Below, one piece after another: positions 13,161 to 28,482 of a stretch of 64,000 bases of DNA (its first letter is position 1; every line of letters begins with the position of its first letter). The translations under genes and the position numbers were made by a program. The notes beneath the pieces are model-generated. The model was not told the DNA's origin. It saw only the letters and a program-made list of their open reading frames with translations, and ran no database searches. Origin of the DNA: Podarcis tiliguerta (lineage: Eukaryota); assembly GCA_965153285.1 (NCBI GenBank), contig OZ229118.1; one strand, 5' to 3'.

Positions 13161-16100
13161 TGAAGATCACCCACAGGAAATCTCAATACACTTTTCCAGC
13201 AGCACCTCTCCTTTTGTGACATTTGGTGCCATTTTCGAACTGCTCAACTGCACCAATTCTATACAGCTTCTGAACTCACCTGAATTGCCAATTCATTTCA
13301 ACGCTGAGAGAAGTATCTTGCCAGAGTTATCCGCTGAATGTTTGGACTTACAAGATTTACAGTTGCCTCTGGATTTCTCATTTCCTTTCCTGAATCTATA
13401 TCATACAAACAAGAGGCTTGACAAATCTGAAAAGAATTTAATGTGATAAAAAGAGGATGCACTTCTGCAGCAATCAAAGGATTTCCCTGGATAGATATGA
13501 AAAGGAAGCTACAGACAATGGAAGAGTAGAGACTTCTCCTCACAAAGGCTTCCTCAAAGGACACAATAATTCTTTATACGACGTTTAAAGTAACAATACT
13601 GCATTTTATTTTATTTTTGCTCCAGTAAAGCCACTGGTACCTCTCCCCACTTCCTCCATATATTTCAACTTTCACCTTAATAAATTTAACATAACTTTCA
13701 TTGATCTAAGTACTTGAGGGGAAGTGTAAAACCACAGAGGAACTGCACAATGTCTGGATAGTTCAGTGCAAGACTTTGTAGTCATTCTTCGGAATTAGCA
13801 GACTGTGAATGCATCCTTTTTAACACAGATGACAAGAACTGGTTGTAGCTTTCAAAAGGAACCAGTGCCATCTACGATGCTATCAGAACTTCCTTATCCC
13901 TGGAAAAAAAACACACCCCTACCTAACATTCAAGAATTTCCCTCATCTGCTTTACAGCCACACAAAACTGCTGGTTCAGTAACCCTGAAATACACCGGGA
14001 TCCCTAGATCCTTTCTCATTTTTCCACTGATACAAAATATGCTTTAGCCCCCAAAGCATATGACACAACACTGGGTGCTACTAGATTGCATTCCATTTCT
14101 TTTATTCATTTTATTATTTTGCATTCCATTTCTTTTATTCATCTTCAGGACATCATTCCGTACATCCTGCATAATTCCTCAATGTCCATTTAAGTTAGCT
14201 ACTTCATAGGCAACCCCCCACTTTCCCTCCTGAAGTTACCAGCGAAAAGAATGAATAAAACAGGTTTAAGGACTATGGCTGCAACACTAACTTTGTCTGC
14301 TGAAGTTCTGTTGAATCCAGTGGGACTTATTCTCTAATACTTGAACGAAGGACACTAATTCCTACTTGATCATTTATTTATCTCCTTTTCGGTTTCATAC
14401 ACTTCTTGATTGCAACTAACAAACCGACAAACCTCAAAGTGGTTTACAAAGAGATTTTACCATGTAGTATTTCCCCATCTTCGCTTTGTTTAGTTCTTCA
14501 TTCGCCTTGCACTACACTGCATTGCTAAACTCCAAATGGATTACTCTACCTATCTGTTCAAGAAAATGCAACTTTGCTCAAAATAAGTAATCATAAACCT
14601 GTGTGGCAGGTGTTAATATTCTAGGTGGAAATCTTTCTGCCAAAAACACACCAAATATTATTATAATTATCTGGCTGGGTTTCCCCAAGTGAATCAAATA
14701 AGATCAGGGTCTGATATCCTATGGTCACATGCTTGGCCTTTTGGGGGTGAAATTGAAAACATTATTATCTGGGAGCAAGTCCCAATGAATTCAGCAGGAC
14801 TTACTCCTGAGTAGATGTGCACAGGATTGCACTGTTAGCCTGCCTTTTCTAGTTGCATTATAATTTATGAGCAGGCAAGCGGAGTGCATGGTAGTTCATC
14901 TTTCCATAACCGCTGACCTTCTTCATAGTCTTTTTGACAGCAGCAGTACTCTGAATGGTAATGATGAATTTAACACTTTAAAGGTTGCAAAGGGAAGGTC
15001 TCACACACACCACCATGTAATACCCCGCATTTATCTGTACTGACTTTCATCTTCCTTTTTCAATTCCCTTAGTTAATCCAGCCAAGCAATGAGTTCAAAT
15101 GGATCACTGTATCATCTTATAGCTTACACTTGGACACCAACACAGCAATCATAATTATGAAATTTCAGTGTCTCCTCTTTCGCTGTCACTGAATCCTTAT
15201 ATAAATCTGCTTTAGCCACAGTCTGCTTTAGACATAGATATCTTTGTTTCATCATTTTACAGATCATTAATATGTTAAGCTCATGTCCTCCAGGTTTATT
15301 AAATGGCTGCAATCTATACTCTAACAGTCAGTACTAATACAGAAACAGACTATTTTGACATATACTTAAAATGGTAAAATTACAGCAAAGGTAGTGCCTC
15401 TCTATTTTTGGTAACATGCTCTGTAAAATCAAGCTTTCCCCCTTATTTGTTCTCTTCTACTCACAAGCTGGTTCTCTAGGTCATAACATATGCTAAATCA
15501 AGCAGAATTCCTTCTCTACACCATCTTGATTTATAACTAAAGCAGTTTGTAGCACAACCATGTATGGTGGTTTGTTCCATCTCTCCTAACGAGTCCGTTA
15601 GAAAGGAGAGAGAGAGAGCACTATGTAAAAAAGATTCACTTTTTGAACTGACTCATACATAATAGAACCAGTAACAAAAACTTACAGTGAAACTCTGCAA
15701 CCAGCAGAGCTGAGGGGAATTAAGAGTCCAGCAACATTTGAAGAACCACAGGTTCACCACCCTTGGTGTCAGTTTTTAAGGACACTCAGTCATTTCAAAG
15801 AAAACAACTATATTCTCACAATCCCTTCTATACCCTGAAAATCAATTTTCTACCTCTTTCCCTTAACTTCTTGTAGTATGCGTTGCCTATTTGTCAACAA
15901 CAACAACTGGAACACAGCAAAATTAACCTATGTTCACTGTATGTTTGCCATAACTGTATCTTGCTGTAGTCATTTTTGCTTTTCTAAAGTTAATTTCTTA
16001 ACGTTCTGCAGGTTTCAAAAATTATGTGCAAGTACAATTTAGCCTTCCAACTTTGCCCCTGGACAAGTTGCTTCTTTCTGCCATTCATCCTTTCTCCTCC

Positions 16101-16849
16101 GATTTCTTTCCCATCTCCTTTGAAGTAGTGGGTTGTCACAAAGTGACTCACCTCAGCACCAAAAGCTGAGGCATAAATCACACTAACGCTGTTAACAAAA
16201 TCTATTCCACAATTTATGTCTTCAGCCTCTTAGATATACCATGATTGCAAGAGGAAAGGGAAGACTTTTAAATAGCACTGTTCCACCTGTGCTGCCACCA
16301 CCGCATATTTTATATGGCAATTTCCCCCAAAAGTCCTACTAGTGATTTAATGCAAAAAGTTCTCGGAAGTCCCAGAAGTCTGGGTTTGGAGATTTAGTAA
16401 AAATGACAGACAAAGCAAGTTAAGAACACCAAAATGAATTGAAAGAAAAATTGTTCAATTTTCTCTGCACTGTGTTTTAAGCTGTTTATATCTATCCAAG
16501 CAATGGATGTTGGGGAGGGGCGAATTCTCATGACATTAAGTCATACTGAAAGCAGTTGTGTCCAGCTGGATACAGTGCTGGCCGTGGATGGCAAGGGCTC
16601 AAATCCCAACTCAGCAATGGGTCACTTGAGGTCTGGGGTAAGTGACTACTGGCAACCAACACAGAGTTGCTCATGAATAAACACAATAGGGACAAAAAAG
16701 CCCTATTGACATAGGAGTCAACAAAAAACTGCAATCTAAAACATATGTAAGTTGTGAATGCTTATGACTTAGTTATTTACTTTGTTGCTTCAAAACAACA
16801 GAATTCTTGTTAAAGTGTGGATTATGAAGTAATCTAGTTGACTATTTGT

Positions 16850-17136
16850 TCATTTTTTATGCTGAAAAAGCCCCCCTTGGCTTATACTTGAGTGAGGGTC
16901 CTTTCAGGCTGCTCCTTCCTCCTCTGCTGCCTTTGCCGCTGGCGGCGGCGGAGGAACGAGCAGCCCGAAAGCAGCCCTTTTGGGCTGCTTGTTCTTCCTC
17001 CACCGCTGCTGCCACCGCCAGGTTTGTGGTGTAGTGAACCAGCTTATACTCGAGTCAATAAGTTTTCCCAGTTTTTTGTGGTAAAATTAGGTCCCTCGGT
17101 TTATATTTGGGTCAGTTTATACTCGAGTATATACAG
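16850..17136. mobile_element. Truncated Tc1/mariner-type MITE (TATACTCGAGTATATAC terminus)
   Basis: Repeated TTATACTCGAGT-like subterminal motifs ending ...TATACTCGAGTATATACAG-TA; GC-rich core. Left TIR not found. Confidence 0.65.
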
Positions 17137-20070
17137 TATTCCTTGTGCCAAATGTACAGACCATGTAGTTAGTGGGGAAATGTTGCAACCTAGAAAAATG
17201 AAAGAAAACTGTCACTTGGTACAACTAGAATTTCCAAAGGGTGAGGCTGGCTCATTTTCAAAAGCCAATAAATGCACTGATGAATTAGGAACAGAAATGT
17301 GTAGCTGAATTGAAAGGCAAGGATGAAAAGCACAGTAGCAGGAATGGCAAACTGATCAGAAAGAGGTTGATAATAATGATTTTATTTATACACCCATGCA
17401 TTTTGATCAAATGATCTGCAAGGTGGCTTACAACCTAGGTAGTGGGGCAGGAAAACTGAAAAAAAAAAATCACATCTGGCAATCAATGTGCCCTATTGGT
17501 TTCAGATAGCACAAGGGTAGCCAAGTCTACAAAGACCGGGACACAAATTTTCACGGGCCCCCTAGCAGCTATGGTGGCTCATTTACAAGACGTTATGTGT
17601 TTTGTGTTAATTCTGGAAGTGTGTACTAGATTCTGACCAAACTAAGTCTCCTAGAGCACAATATACACCAGGAGGCTTAGTTTGGTCAGAATACACTACG
17701 TTGCCAGACACAAAATACATTGGCATTATTTTCAGCTGTCCGAAGGAGACCTGGTTTGTCTGGCTGGTGGCAGAGGACAAAAGATCCCCAACCCCTTGCT
17801 TCTGCAATCCCAGGGCAACTGGGGCACTGGTTTGGAGGGGGGCTGGCGTGGAGTCTGCAGCTCTTCATTCATTGTTCAATGGCTAGTGAAAGGTTAGTTC
17901 TTCCAGGATTTAGAACAGCTGGTGCACAGTTTGATGACATACTCATCCTATTCTGTGTTCACATCTGCATTGGCATGAACAAAGGGAAAAAGCATTAGGT
18001 ATGGACTCTGTACAGTTTGCACACCTTGTTTGGCGCAGGGATATATTTCCTGGTGATGTTAGGTAACAATACCCCAAGGCTACCACCTGCTTAATCTTGG
18101 TCTCTAATGGGCACCTATAACGGAGATCCCTGAGAACGGGACATGTCTAGTCAGGCAAGGTTGGGATTAACTTTAACCTGGATACAAATCGCCCAGACAA
18201 ACCTGCAGAGATTGCGTTGCTTCATGTTCCTCTGTCTACAGTCTACTTCCATTAAGAAAGACGGCTTTTCTCAGTCAGGGAAAATAGAGTAAGCCCAATT
18301 CCTAGCACTCAGAAAACTGTCGCTTAATCCTGGCTGGCTCATGTAAGTTTATCAGAACCAAAGCTGGTTCTGAACAGCGCATAGTTAAACTATGGAATTT
18401 GTTTCCACAAGAAACCAGGATGGCTTTAAAAGAATTTAGCAAATTCAAGAAGGATAAGACTCTCAAAGGCTACTAGCCAGAATGGCTATATTTTCCCTCC
18501 ACTGGTTGGGGTAGTATGCTCTGAAATACCAGCTTCCTGTGGGCCAAGAGGGAGTCTGTGCAGCACATTTCTCTGGTAAAATACGTAGATTTTGCATTAA
18601 TCTAAGTCCCACTCATCTCCTGAACTGCTCTCCCAATCAAACGGAGTGGACTATTCTCTGCTTATTCCCATGAATATCCAGCAAATATGAAGCACAAAGA
18701 CTTGAAACAAGGGAAACATTTGCTTAAAAACAGCCTTTTCGTGTGAGCATGCTGGTAATGCTTCAGAAACCCAGTGACAGAGTAATAGCATCTCATTTCT
18801 CTAGAACGATTGTTCAACAAGACAGAAAGCGTATCCTGGTAGGAAAGCCAACATCCTCCCACTCCTCTTACGCCTCAGGCTTCTCTACTGGGATTTCTTC
18901 CAGTGAGTTATCCCCACCCCACCAGCTTTCAATTATTCTGAAATAGCAAAAGTCATCCTTAAGGAATTAGGCTATTGCCTCAGATCTAGAGCAGCATATT
19001 TAAAGGAGGGAAATCTAGCCGTGAGTAAGAATGCTATCGCTTATGCAAAGGAGATACTATAAATTTCAAACAAAAACAAAAACAAATCACATGTGCCCCA
19101 ACCATTAAAGCATGGGCAAGAATAAAACAAGCAACTGGCCAACATCCTTGTTACATTCTCGACAAATAATTTCCAAACTTTATTTTAATCATATTCATTC
19201 CCTCTAATAGTAAACTTCGTGTTGATCAGAAGCGGAGCCGAAGTCAAACTGGGACAGAGACAAGGCAGAGAGGGCTCTGTATACTTTGGAGCTTTGCCAA
19301 GTATGCATTTCCTTTCTGGTTCTGGGTGTTTTGTTTTTTGTTTTTCTTAGAAAAGCAAAAACAACAACCAAGTCCTCCTACAGGAAAAGAATGACGTAAG
19401 GAACAGTTAGGAAGTCTGAGAGTGACAAAAACAGTCACCTCCATCAACAAAGACAGGAGGCGGGTGGGTAGACATAAGATGAAATAGGAAATACAAGCCC
19501 TCGGTGGGTTAAATGACCATTCAACCAATGACACTCTCTTCCCTTCAACCTGAGGCCTGATGGGAGGGGAGAGAATTAGGGTTGAGGCCTGCACACCGGC
19601 TGGAGCCTATTTGCTGACCCACTGTTCTCCGGCCTTCAAGTTCAATCCCAATATGGGTGTGCCCTCTTTGCAACATAAATGGTCCTTTGGGAGCGATTAA
19701 TAAGAAGGGGAGGATAGAGGAGAAAGCACTTTCTCCAACCCAAATGCATTGGTTCAATAGAACAATTTAAACTCTAGGGGGAAGATTCTCAAATGTGGAG
19801 CAGAACAAAAATTGGGAATTCACTCTCCGCACTCTCCCATTACAGCACCAGCAGAGAGACATAAAACTACTCTGCCCAACACTGTATCACTCATGAATGC
19901 TGCAAGGGGAACCTCAGTACTAACTCTATTACCACATGATTTAGCCAGCAGGCAAGCATAACATTTTCTTCTTTCCCACCCTCTCAAAATCCCCTACCTC
20001 CAATCCTGTCATACCATACCTAGCTCTGGAATGGACTATGGCAAAATACTTGTGCGTGTACCCACTTATA

Positions 20071-20072
<2 letters not shown>

Positions 20073-20113
<41 letters not shown>
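20073..20113. repeat. Compound (TC)n(AC)n microsatellite
   Basis: Direct reading. Confidence 0.95.
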
Positions 20114-21261
20114 GCAGGATGGAAACTTAAGTGACTGTTACTGTCATAAACTGTCCATGCCATAAACTGCCCATACCTGAAAGCACAAAGTCATTCACTG
20201 ATTGAATGTCAGGCTACTACAAGATTAGCATTGCAATGCTTGATCTCTTAAAAAAGAACACTTGAATTCTTTGCGAAAGCCAAGTAACTGCTTTGTGACA
20301 GACAAGGCCTGCTTTGTCAGTACAAGCTTCCTTCTGCTTCCCACATCACTGATTTTCTATATGGTCCAGGTATATACCAGGATGGCGGTACTTGTGTTTT
20401 CTGGAGCCAATATATTTGCAAGCCATTTCCAATTAAGACAGTAAACCTCTCTCTAAGGTTATATTGCTTTCTGTCATACTGGTCTCTCTAACCAGCTCTA
20501 ACCAGATAATATACAGAGAGCATTAATATTTAGCACCTCTATAGCACATTCAAGTGTTCAGTGCCAACGTATATTTTCTGAGTTATCCTTACAAGCCTGT
20601 TTTATCAAGACTTGAGAACCTCCAGACCAAACTAGACCCAACAGGAATCCTAATTTGGCCCATGAGGCAAATCCTCACAAGCCAAACACAATCACCCTAC
20701 ACCTAATGTCCTCTATGACGGCCATTGTGTGGCAGGTTGCAATGAAATGAGCGGTGTGGAAATAATCACATCATTAATTGTCTTAAATTTGAAAATTACA
20801 TAGCAGACAATGAAACTTTGTCTTTGGCAGAAATCAAATTGCGAGAGAACAGAAACAGCACTGATTGTGACGGAGATGGATTGGAATAGAAATCCCTAGT
20901 TACCTCTGACTTCTAGGACTATATACCGCAGATAAATTCTTTAGCACTGTTATCATGGAGAGGAGAGGTGCAACTATGGCAAAGGAGAAGGGGATCTAGA
21001 CTGAGCTGGCCACTTCTGATTCTTCCTCTCCGCGCCCACAACTCCATTGTTTCTCTCTTCTTTCCCCATCATCATAGCTACTGCCGCTTCACCAATTTAA
21101 ACTTGCTCCAATGTATCATCATCATAATGCTTCTTCCTGCTAGAAACGTGAGATACATTAGCACTGCCATAGGGGATTTAGCTGCAGTCCCACCCTCAAC
21201 CAGGTAGCATAATGGTATGAGTCACATAAGCATTGGTAAAGTGAGTCATGAAATTAGCCAT

Positions 21262-21585
21262 CTAGGGTTTGCCGATCAGAAGGTTGGCGGTTTGAATCCC
21301 CATGACGGGGTCAGCTCCCATTGCTCAGTCCCTGCTCCTGCCAACCTAGCAGTTCAAAAGCATGTCAAAGTGCAAGTAGATAAATAGGTACCGCTCCAGT
21401 GGGAAGGTAAATGGCGTTTCCGTGCCCTGCTCTGGTTTGCCAGAAGCGGCTTAGTCATGCTGGCCACATGACCTGGAAGCTGTCTGCAGACAAACGCCGG
21501 CTCCCTCAGCCAGTAAAGTGAGATGAGCACCGCAACCCCAGAGTCGTCTGCAACTGGACTTAACTGTCAGGGGTCCTTTACCTTT
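21262..21585 (+). mobile_element. Sauria SINE (Squam1), 5'-truncated
   Basis: Shares core GTGCAAGTAGATAAATAGGTACCGCT...GGCCACATGACC...GGGGTCCTTTACCTTT with the other copies; visible CpG decay. Confidence 0.88.
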
Positions 21586-24500
21586 TTTAATGCAGTTCAG
21601 AACTAATAGTTATAACAAACTAACACTCAGTCCCTTCCATCACCTATGCAAGGGAAAACCTTTGCAATAACCATTTACCTAGAACTTTGGCCACAATGCT
21701 TAAATCACAAGACAATCCAAAACTGTCAGCAACATATATATTGGGATCAGCAGGTCAAGGGATAATAAAAAATCGCACAGGTACATAGAGGACTGTAAAG
21801 ACATTAACAGCACCTGCTGTTATGGCAAATCAACTTTTATGTTTTAATCTGGACCACAGTGTGCGGATGTATTTTGATCAATTTGTCCATATCAAAAGTT
21901 TCCTATTCAACTCTATTCCTACCAAGCAAATGCTGGTCTGATATCTGAGCAGGTTACCCACAAACATACCACAGGCAGAAGGAGCTCCAGGTTTTTTCAG
22001 TGATGAAAAAATTGTATAAAGCCCAAAGAGACCAATGGCCACACAAATTCTCTACCATATATATTTAAATCCATACTATAAGGCATATAGTCCAACTATT
22101 TAACCCCTTGTTTTCAACAGATATTGTGCTGGCTTCAAGGTTGTCTTTTATCTCAAGGCTTAGTCCAAGAGTACTCCACATCAAGCTGCTCTTGAAAAGA
22201 AAGGAAGATTGCGGGACTCAAGTACCAACTAATGATAAGGATAGAAGTTGGAAGGCGTGAGAGACAGGAAGACACCAGTACAGAAATGGAAGATATGTAC
22301 TGCACACCTAAGGGCGATAAAGCAAGTTGCTTAGGATCTCTCTCTGGGAGCAGATAATAAAGTTCTTGGACTAAATTAAGGACTAAAAAGAAAAAGGGAC
22401 AAAATTCCTTGATTGTTTAAGAGCAGCGTGTTACTTTGTATCTTGTAACATTTGTTTGTCACTATTTTAGGAATGCTTCCAATAAAGCTCTGAAATTCAT
22501 TCTTGTGGTGGAGAGCTTATTTGCTTCTGTTCTGCGCAAGGTCCAGATCATGGATTCTGTTGCAACAACATACTAGCCATGATGACTATGATTTGCTTCC
22601 ACAGTCAGAGGCAGGGTGGAGGAATGTTCTTGTGCTCAGGTCCTGTTTGCAGGTTTCCTATGGTCATCTCGTTGGCCACTGTGAGAACAGGATGCTGCAG
22701 TATATGGTCCTTTGATCTGAACCAGCGGACTCTTCTTATTGCCCTTAAGAACTTATATTTGCAATCCTAAAAAACATTTACTTGCAAGTTCCATTCAATC
22801 AATAGGATTCACCTTATGGCTAAACTGCTAGTTATAAACACCTGCTCCAACCATCTTGAATTACAATCTTGAGAGCAACCGCCACTAAAATGGTCCCAAG
22901 GAAACATGCATAGGAGTAGGGTGCATGCCATGCCTAATTTTCTCTGATGTGTACCTGCTTGAAGAGGCTTGCATTTTCTGGAGACTCATATGAACAGCTG
23001 TTAGGGATGGTACAATCTGATGCACTTTTGCAGCTGTGTTCAAGTCTATTAAAATTTAATTTTCATGGCCTTTGAAGCTTAGAGGCTTGAAAGGGAGGCA
23101 AAGGGAAACACACAAAACAAAGACTGGGAAAGGACAACATGAGATGTTTCATGCAAATAAAACCTCTGTGCACTGCAAACAGGCAATTATTTGCCTGGAC
23201 TTTCATCAGATACCTTTGCTAGAGAGGTAGCTCCCTTCTCTGCTACAGATGGAGAGGGAGCAGATAATAGGCAAGAAGTTGCAGACAGCATTTCCTCCCC
23301 TTTCTGTTACCTCTCTCCTTGCATATACCTCAGGCAGAATGTAACAGACATTTCTCTTTTGTACCATGAACAAAGGCAGTACGATTACCAAAGGATTTGC
23401 CTGCTTTACACCAAAGGTGAATCCGTATAAGGCTTTCGATATTATAACATTTGAAGAGTTATAACGCATAGGCACAATTACAAGCTAGATGCCTAACTTG
23501 TAGACATGTGGCAGAATTCTGCGATTCACCGTCCACATGTTTCTGGGCTCCCAACTCCCCTCAGCCCCAGTAGACATCGATCATGGGAATTGTAGTTCAA
23601 AACATGTGCAGAGTACCACGTTTGCTACCTTTGAGCTATAGCATTCCATGGCTTGTGCCACCAAGCTTGATGTGTTTTAGAGCACAGAGATGCACCAAGC
23701 CATATTTTTCTTTGGCATGAGTCCAGGGACAGCTTTTACTCAAACTTCGGGAGTACAGTCCTTAAATGTTCTAAGACACACAAAAATATTTTTCTTGAGT
23801 CAAGATTGTCCAAGGGAGCTTGTGTTTCCCTCTTCGCATGCAGCAGGTGGATTAGCTCACCTGTACAAATCTGGAGGTCTACCCTATCAGCACGTTTCTT
23901 CAACACTGTTTAGAAAAATCTATAAACCCCTTAATAATAATACCTATGTGGTATACATAAAATATACACACTCCCATCCTCAGGATATATATTGCAATCT
24001 GGACTGCAGAAGTAGATCTGCAGGAAAGGTGAATTGCTGAAAAGTAATGTACCATAACAGGAGTTGGGGCACTCATTTTCTAATCCCACAACCACCAGCA
24101 GCAGCTTGAGGCAAATATTGCAGGTAAAAAGAAATAAATAAAATAAAAATACTTTGCTTTCTTTATGTGCACAGGAGATAGAAGATGCTGTTTGTGTGCA
24201 ATGTCGAGGCAAAAGGTGCTCTTCTTGTCCCCAGGTTCATTGCTTTTCAGGCTCAAAAGCACCTCTGCAGCTGATGACCAGAAAAGCAAAGCGTAGACTA
24301 TTTGCTCACCTTAAGACCCATATCATATAATTGGCATATGCTGTCTATATGTTAAAGACCACTGAGAACACAAAACACATTTCAGAAGTATACTTATGGA
24401 GGTATTAGGTGTGCAAATGAAGCATCCTGTCACAGCTGTGGGTAAATTCATTTATAATGCACATACATCTCTTGAGAACAGCACAAGTCTTTCGGGTTCC

Positions 24501-27500
24501 TTCCAAGAGTGCTTGGTTTTTCCCAGGCAAATTGCATCTCAGTTGTTCCACAACAGTCATGATACTTAACTACCCACCTTTTCCGGCTGGCCCTAAACAG
24601 GTTCAGAACCTAAGGTGTTACAGTATTATTATGCATACGGTCTCTCCAAATGTCCTAAGCACATACAGTATTTAAAGTGGTGTGTATCCTTTCAGAGTCA
24701 AATAACTTCAATTAGCAATACACAGGCTCAATCCTGCATCTGCATGTAGCCTTATTCATTCTGCCTGTGGGCCTAACACTGGTGTCCATTTCAAAAGAAA
24801 CCTCTTTACATCCTAGTTTAATAGCAGTTTCTTTTAAAAGAGAGAGAGAGAACTACAAGTTAAGAGTTGAGGCTACAATATTTTCTCAAAAGGCAGAATG
24901 GCTTTCAATGACTTCCACCATTTTTTAAAAAAAAAGTGAGAAAAGACACTGAACTCATGTAAACACAGTTTATTCTCCACAGTACAAGGCCTGCTTTTGA
25001 AACATGAACATCATGTGGTGGTCCTCCACACACAAAACAGCTGGAAGTCTTACGCTAGGTGAATTAGACCTATCAAACAGGATCTCCAAACATTCAGGTA
25101 TGAAGTCTCTCCATATGATTAAGAGATGCTTACAAACATTAGCACTGTCATGCACAAGTACTGTTAAGAGCCACAACAAAACCCCTAGAACTTTCTCTCA
25201 AAAGGGCCGAGTCCAAAGTTATGCCTCTTATCAAGAAAGCTGCAGTAAATCCTGTCTTTCCACATGGCTGAAAACCAGCCCGGAGAGTTGGGCTATCAAA
25301 GTCAACTATTGTAAAACATTTGACAGTCAGTCCCCATTATGGTGCAGACATCCATTGCCTCCTTCATATACTTCCATACTTTGAGATCTCCTAACAAATG
25401 CTGTTTGTGACATTATTCATATTTAGACTTTAAAGCACACGAGTTTCAGGTTTCTAACAAGTCTGTGCAAAACACATACTATTCTTGTTTTCAATGTAAC
25501 CAGATTCAAATCTTCATTTTTAGTATGTGCTCCCCCCCCCCCCCGCCCTCCACCCTGAAAGAACTTTTACAGGCATTCCAACAACAGAGCTTCAAGCTGC
25601 AGCTTTGTTTACAGGTATTTAAAAATGAAGTTATAGCACTTATACTTGAGTAATAGCTGCAGCCAACAGATACTTCTCTTAGCTTTTAGAGAGACTGTAG
25701 CCCTTGAAATTCCAGGGTTTCAAACAATGATAACCTCCATCTCATGTTTTATTAGGCATAGATGCTCTCAAATTAGCTTCCTCATCATTACTTACCAATG
25801 CTATTAAGCTGCTGCAATGACTGCTACTTTCATCCCACCGTGGCTTGCAGCTGTTTTATCCAAATATTAAAGAGAAGAGTTGAAAACCTGCATAATTCCT
25901 TTGCAGAATGGACAAGGTTCCACTTCCAATTCAATTTAACCAAAGCAACAGAACAGAAGAATGTAGTACTGTCGTTTGACATTCATTTAGCACCAGTGTG
26001 CTAGGTGCTGCATAAACATAAGTAGCAAGTCACTTTCCAAAAGAACTGTTGAAGAACAGCAATGTGATTCTACAATGGTTCAGAAAAGGGTTACAGACGG
26101 AAAATGCCTAGCAAATGAGGAGTGGAAGATACTTCTAGACACAGGAATGCGAGATAGCAGGCACTTGAACAGGAGGAACTAGGAGGAGGACTAAGAAGGT
26201 AAACAGGAGTGTTGGAGCCAGCTGCTCCCTGGCGACTCCGCACAGCGGTTCTCTCTATTTCTGTGGTATAGCTCCCAACAACTTGGCAGATGTTTCCACC
26301 CAAAAGTGATACTGCCCCATCCAAAACTGAACCAGTTTTCTGGAGACTACAGGTGAAGAATTACAGGTGGGAATCCATTAATAGCCCAATCTGAGCAACT
26401 CACATGAACCCACTGGAATCAGCCACATAAGAGATTTCTAAGTGTAAGGCTGAGGCTGGATATGACATAGAACCAATATAAACAATTACTGAGAATAGTA
26501 TAAAATGGGAGAGATGGAGGAAGAGTTTGATTTACCTTTATATTCCACCCACTCAGCCTACTGAACTACCTCCTAGCAGTGTCTTAAAATACTAACTATG
26601 GTAATATACCCTTTTGCCTCCATTTTAACAGTGGATGCTAGTATCCCCCTTGGCCTTTCCTATTCAAGTGAAGTGTTCTTTTTTATAGCACTAAATTAGG
26701 ATCCCTCAAGAAGCCTGAAAATGCAGACAAAGGTAACAGGCTTTTAACACCATTAGTAACTTCCAATGCAGGATATGAACACTGGAAAATTACAAGCCAG
26801 CAGTAGAGTACCACCACATTTGTTTATACCAGCTTTTGCCAAACAGATGTTTTGGATGACAACTCCCATCAACTCCAGGCAGCATGACCAATAGTCAGGA
26901 GTGGTGGGAATTGTAGTCCAAAGTGACCCAGTTGGTATGAAAAGTTGGACCACCCTGAGTTAGATGATTACCCAGAAGCCACAGAAGGGAACATCTTATC
27001 TTACCACAATAACTCAGTGACAGCAATACCAGCCAACATGGTGCTCTCCAATGCTGCTGGCACACATCTCCCATCATCTCTCAACACTGGTCATGCTGGC
27101 TGGAGCTGATGGCAGCTATAATAGAAAACATCTGGAGAGTACCATGTTTGTGACCCTTGGCCTATACCACCTTGGTAAACCAGCCATCAGTAACACTACC
27201 TGCAGTAAGGAGGATACTACTTTTCCTGGATTTCTGACCAGGTGTTGATGCAAAGTAAAGTTCTCTTTCATCAGTGACATTTTAGACATTCGATACATAC
27301 CATGCTAAGGTGCCACTTGGTGAATAATGACTTGCATTCACCCACTATTAAAACAGCTTTTATGAAATTATGAGTGCTGGGCCTCAAATCAAGAATGCAT
27401 TTCTTTGTGTGGTTATTTACACAGCCACCTATTTCACAGAAACAGTTTAACGAAATAAGTGTAACTGGACAACTGCTGGAACTTTTTTTAAAAAAATCAT

Positions 27501-28482
27501 TGAAACTTTCAGCTTTCATAAAATACTCTTGAGAAACTAACCCCTAAAAAAAACCCTATTAGGTCAGTCTTGCTTATTTAACAGACAGCATACTAAATTA
27601 ACTCTAATTAGATGAGCTTGGCAAGTTCATGAGCAGCATTTATTCTTTTCACACATACCCAAGGCATTGCTTCTCGTGTCTTTTCTCCCCCTGCAGGTTT
27701 CTCTGTTCCTATATTCCCAAAGGAATGATTTCAGGTTTTAGACACAAGGTAAGGCTTCACACGTGGGAAAATGAGACCCTTGTTAAACCCTCATGTCAGC
27801 TCTTCAACCTCCTTCAAAATCCTAGTTCAATTATTGTTTCCCAGGTATAAGGCCTGGAAGGTATCACAGTAAAGGACAAAAAAAAAAGTGAGCTCAATCT
27901 TTTTTTATGTTGACCAATATGGGATTTCCCATGTTGCATAAAGCCTAATCTTTTTAGAGGAATCAAGTTACAGTTGGAAGTAATTCATGGCATCACCAAG
28001 ATGAAACTAAATTGATTAAATCCCTCAATAACCACTGCCTCACACATTTTGTTTTGATACTCTTGTTTCTAGACTTCCCCAAAAGTTCCAAGTCAGAAGT
28101 AGTTCACAACACTAGTAAGAAAACCTGTGTCTTTAAAATCAGGGTCTCTTGTCAATACAACCATGGAATCAGTTTCCTTTTTGTTATATGAAAAAGAAAA
28201 AAACCTCTTCCACTTTATTCCCCTCCTCCTGCCCCTTCTAAAGCCAATTACTATGCAATCTTTGGAAGATGCCAACCTGGAATGTGTTTCCAAGTGTATC
28301 TTGTCTGGCAGCATCTGCTATAAACGGGTATTTTCCATACGGGCCATTGGAACAATTCATGCAGGGAGACAATACCATGTGAGAGATAGGTTTTACCTGT
28401 TTTTATGGCGGGCTGTGTTTTTATCTGATCAGGAGATATGAAGGAAGCAGATACAGGGTGGGTGTTTTTTGGTTTGATTTAC

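Noticed and set aside
21820-22567. Possible solo LTR ending GCAACA with AATAAA at 22481 (similar hint at ~47777-48172)
   Set aside because: No confident 5' boundary or TSD.
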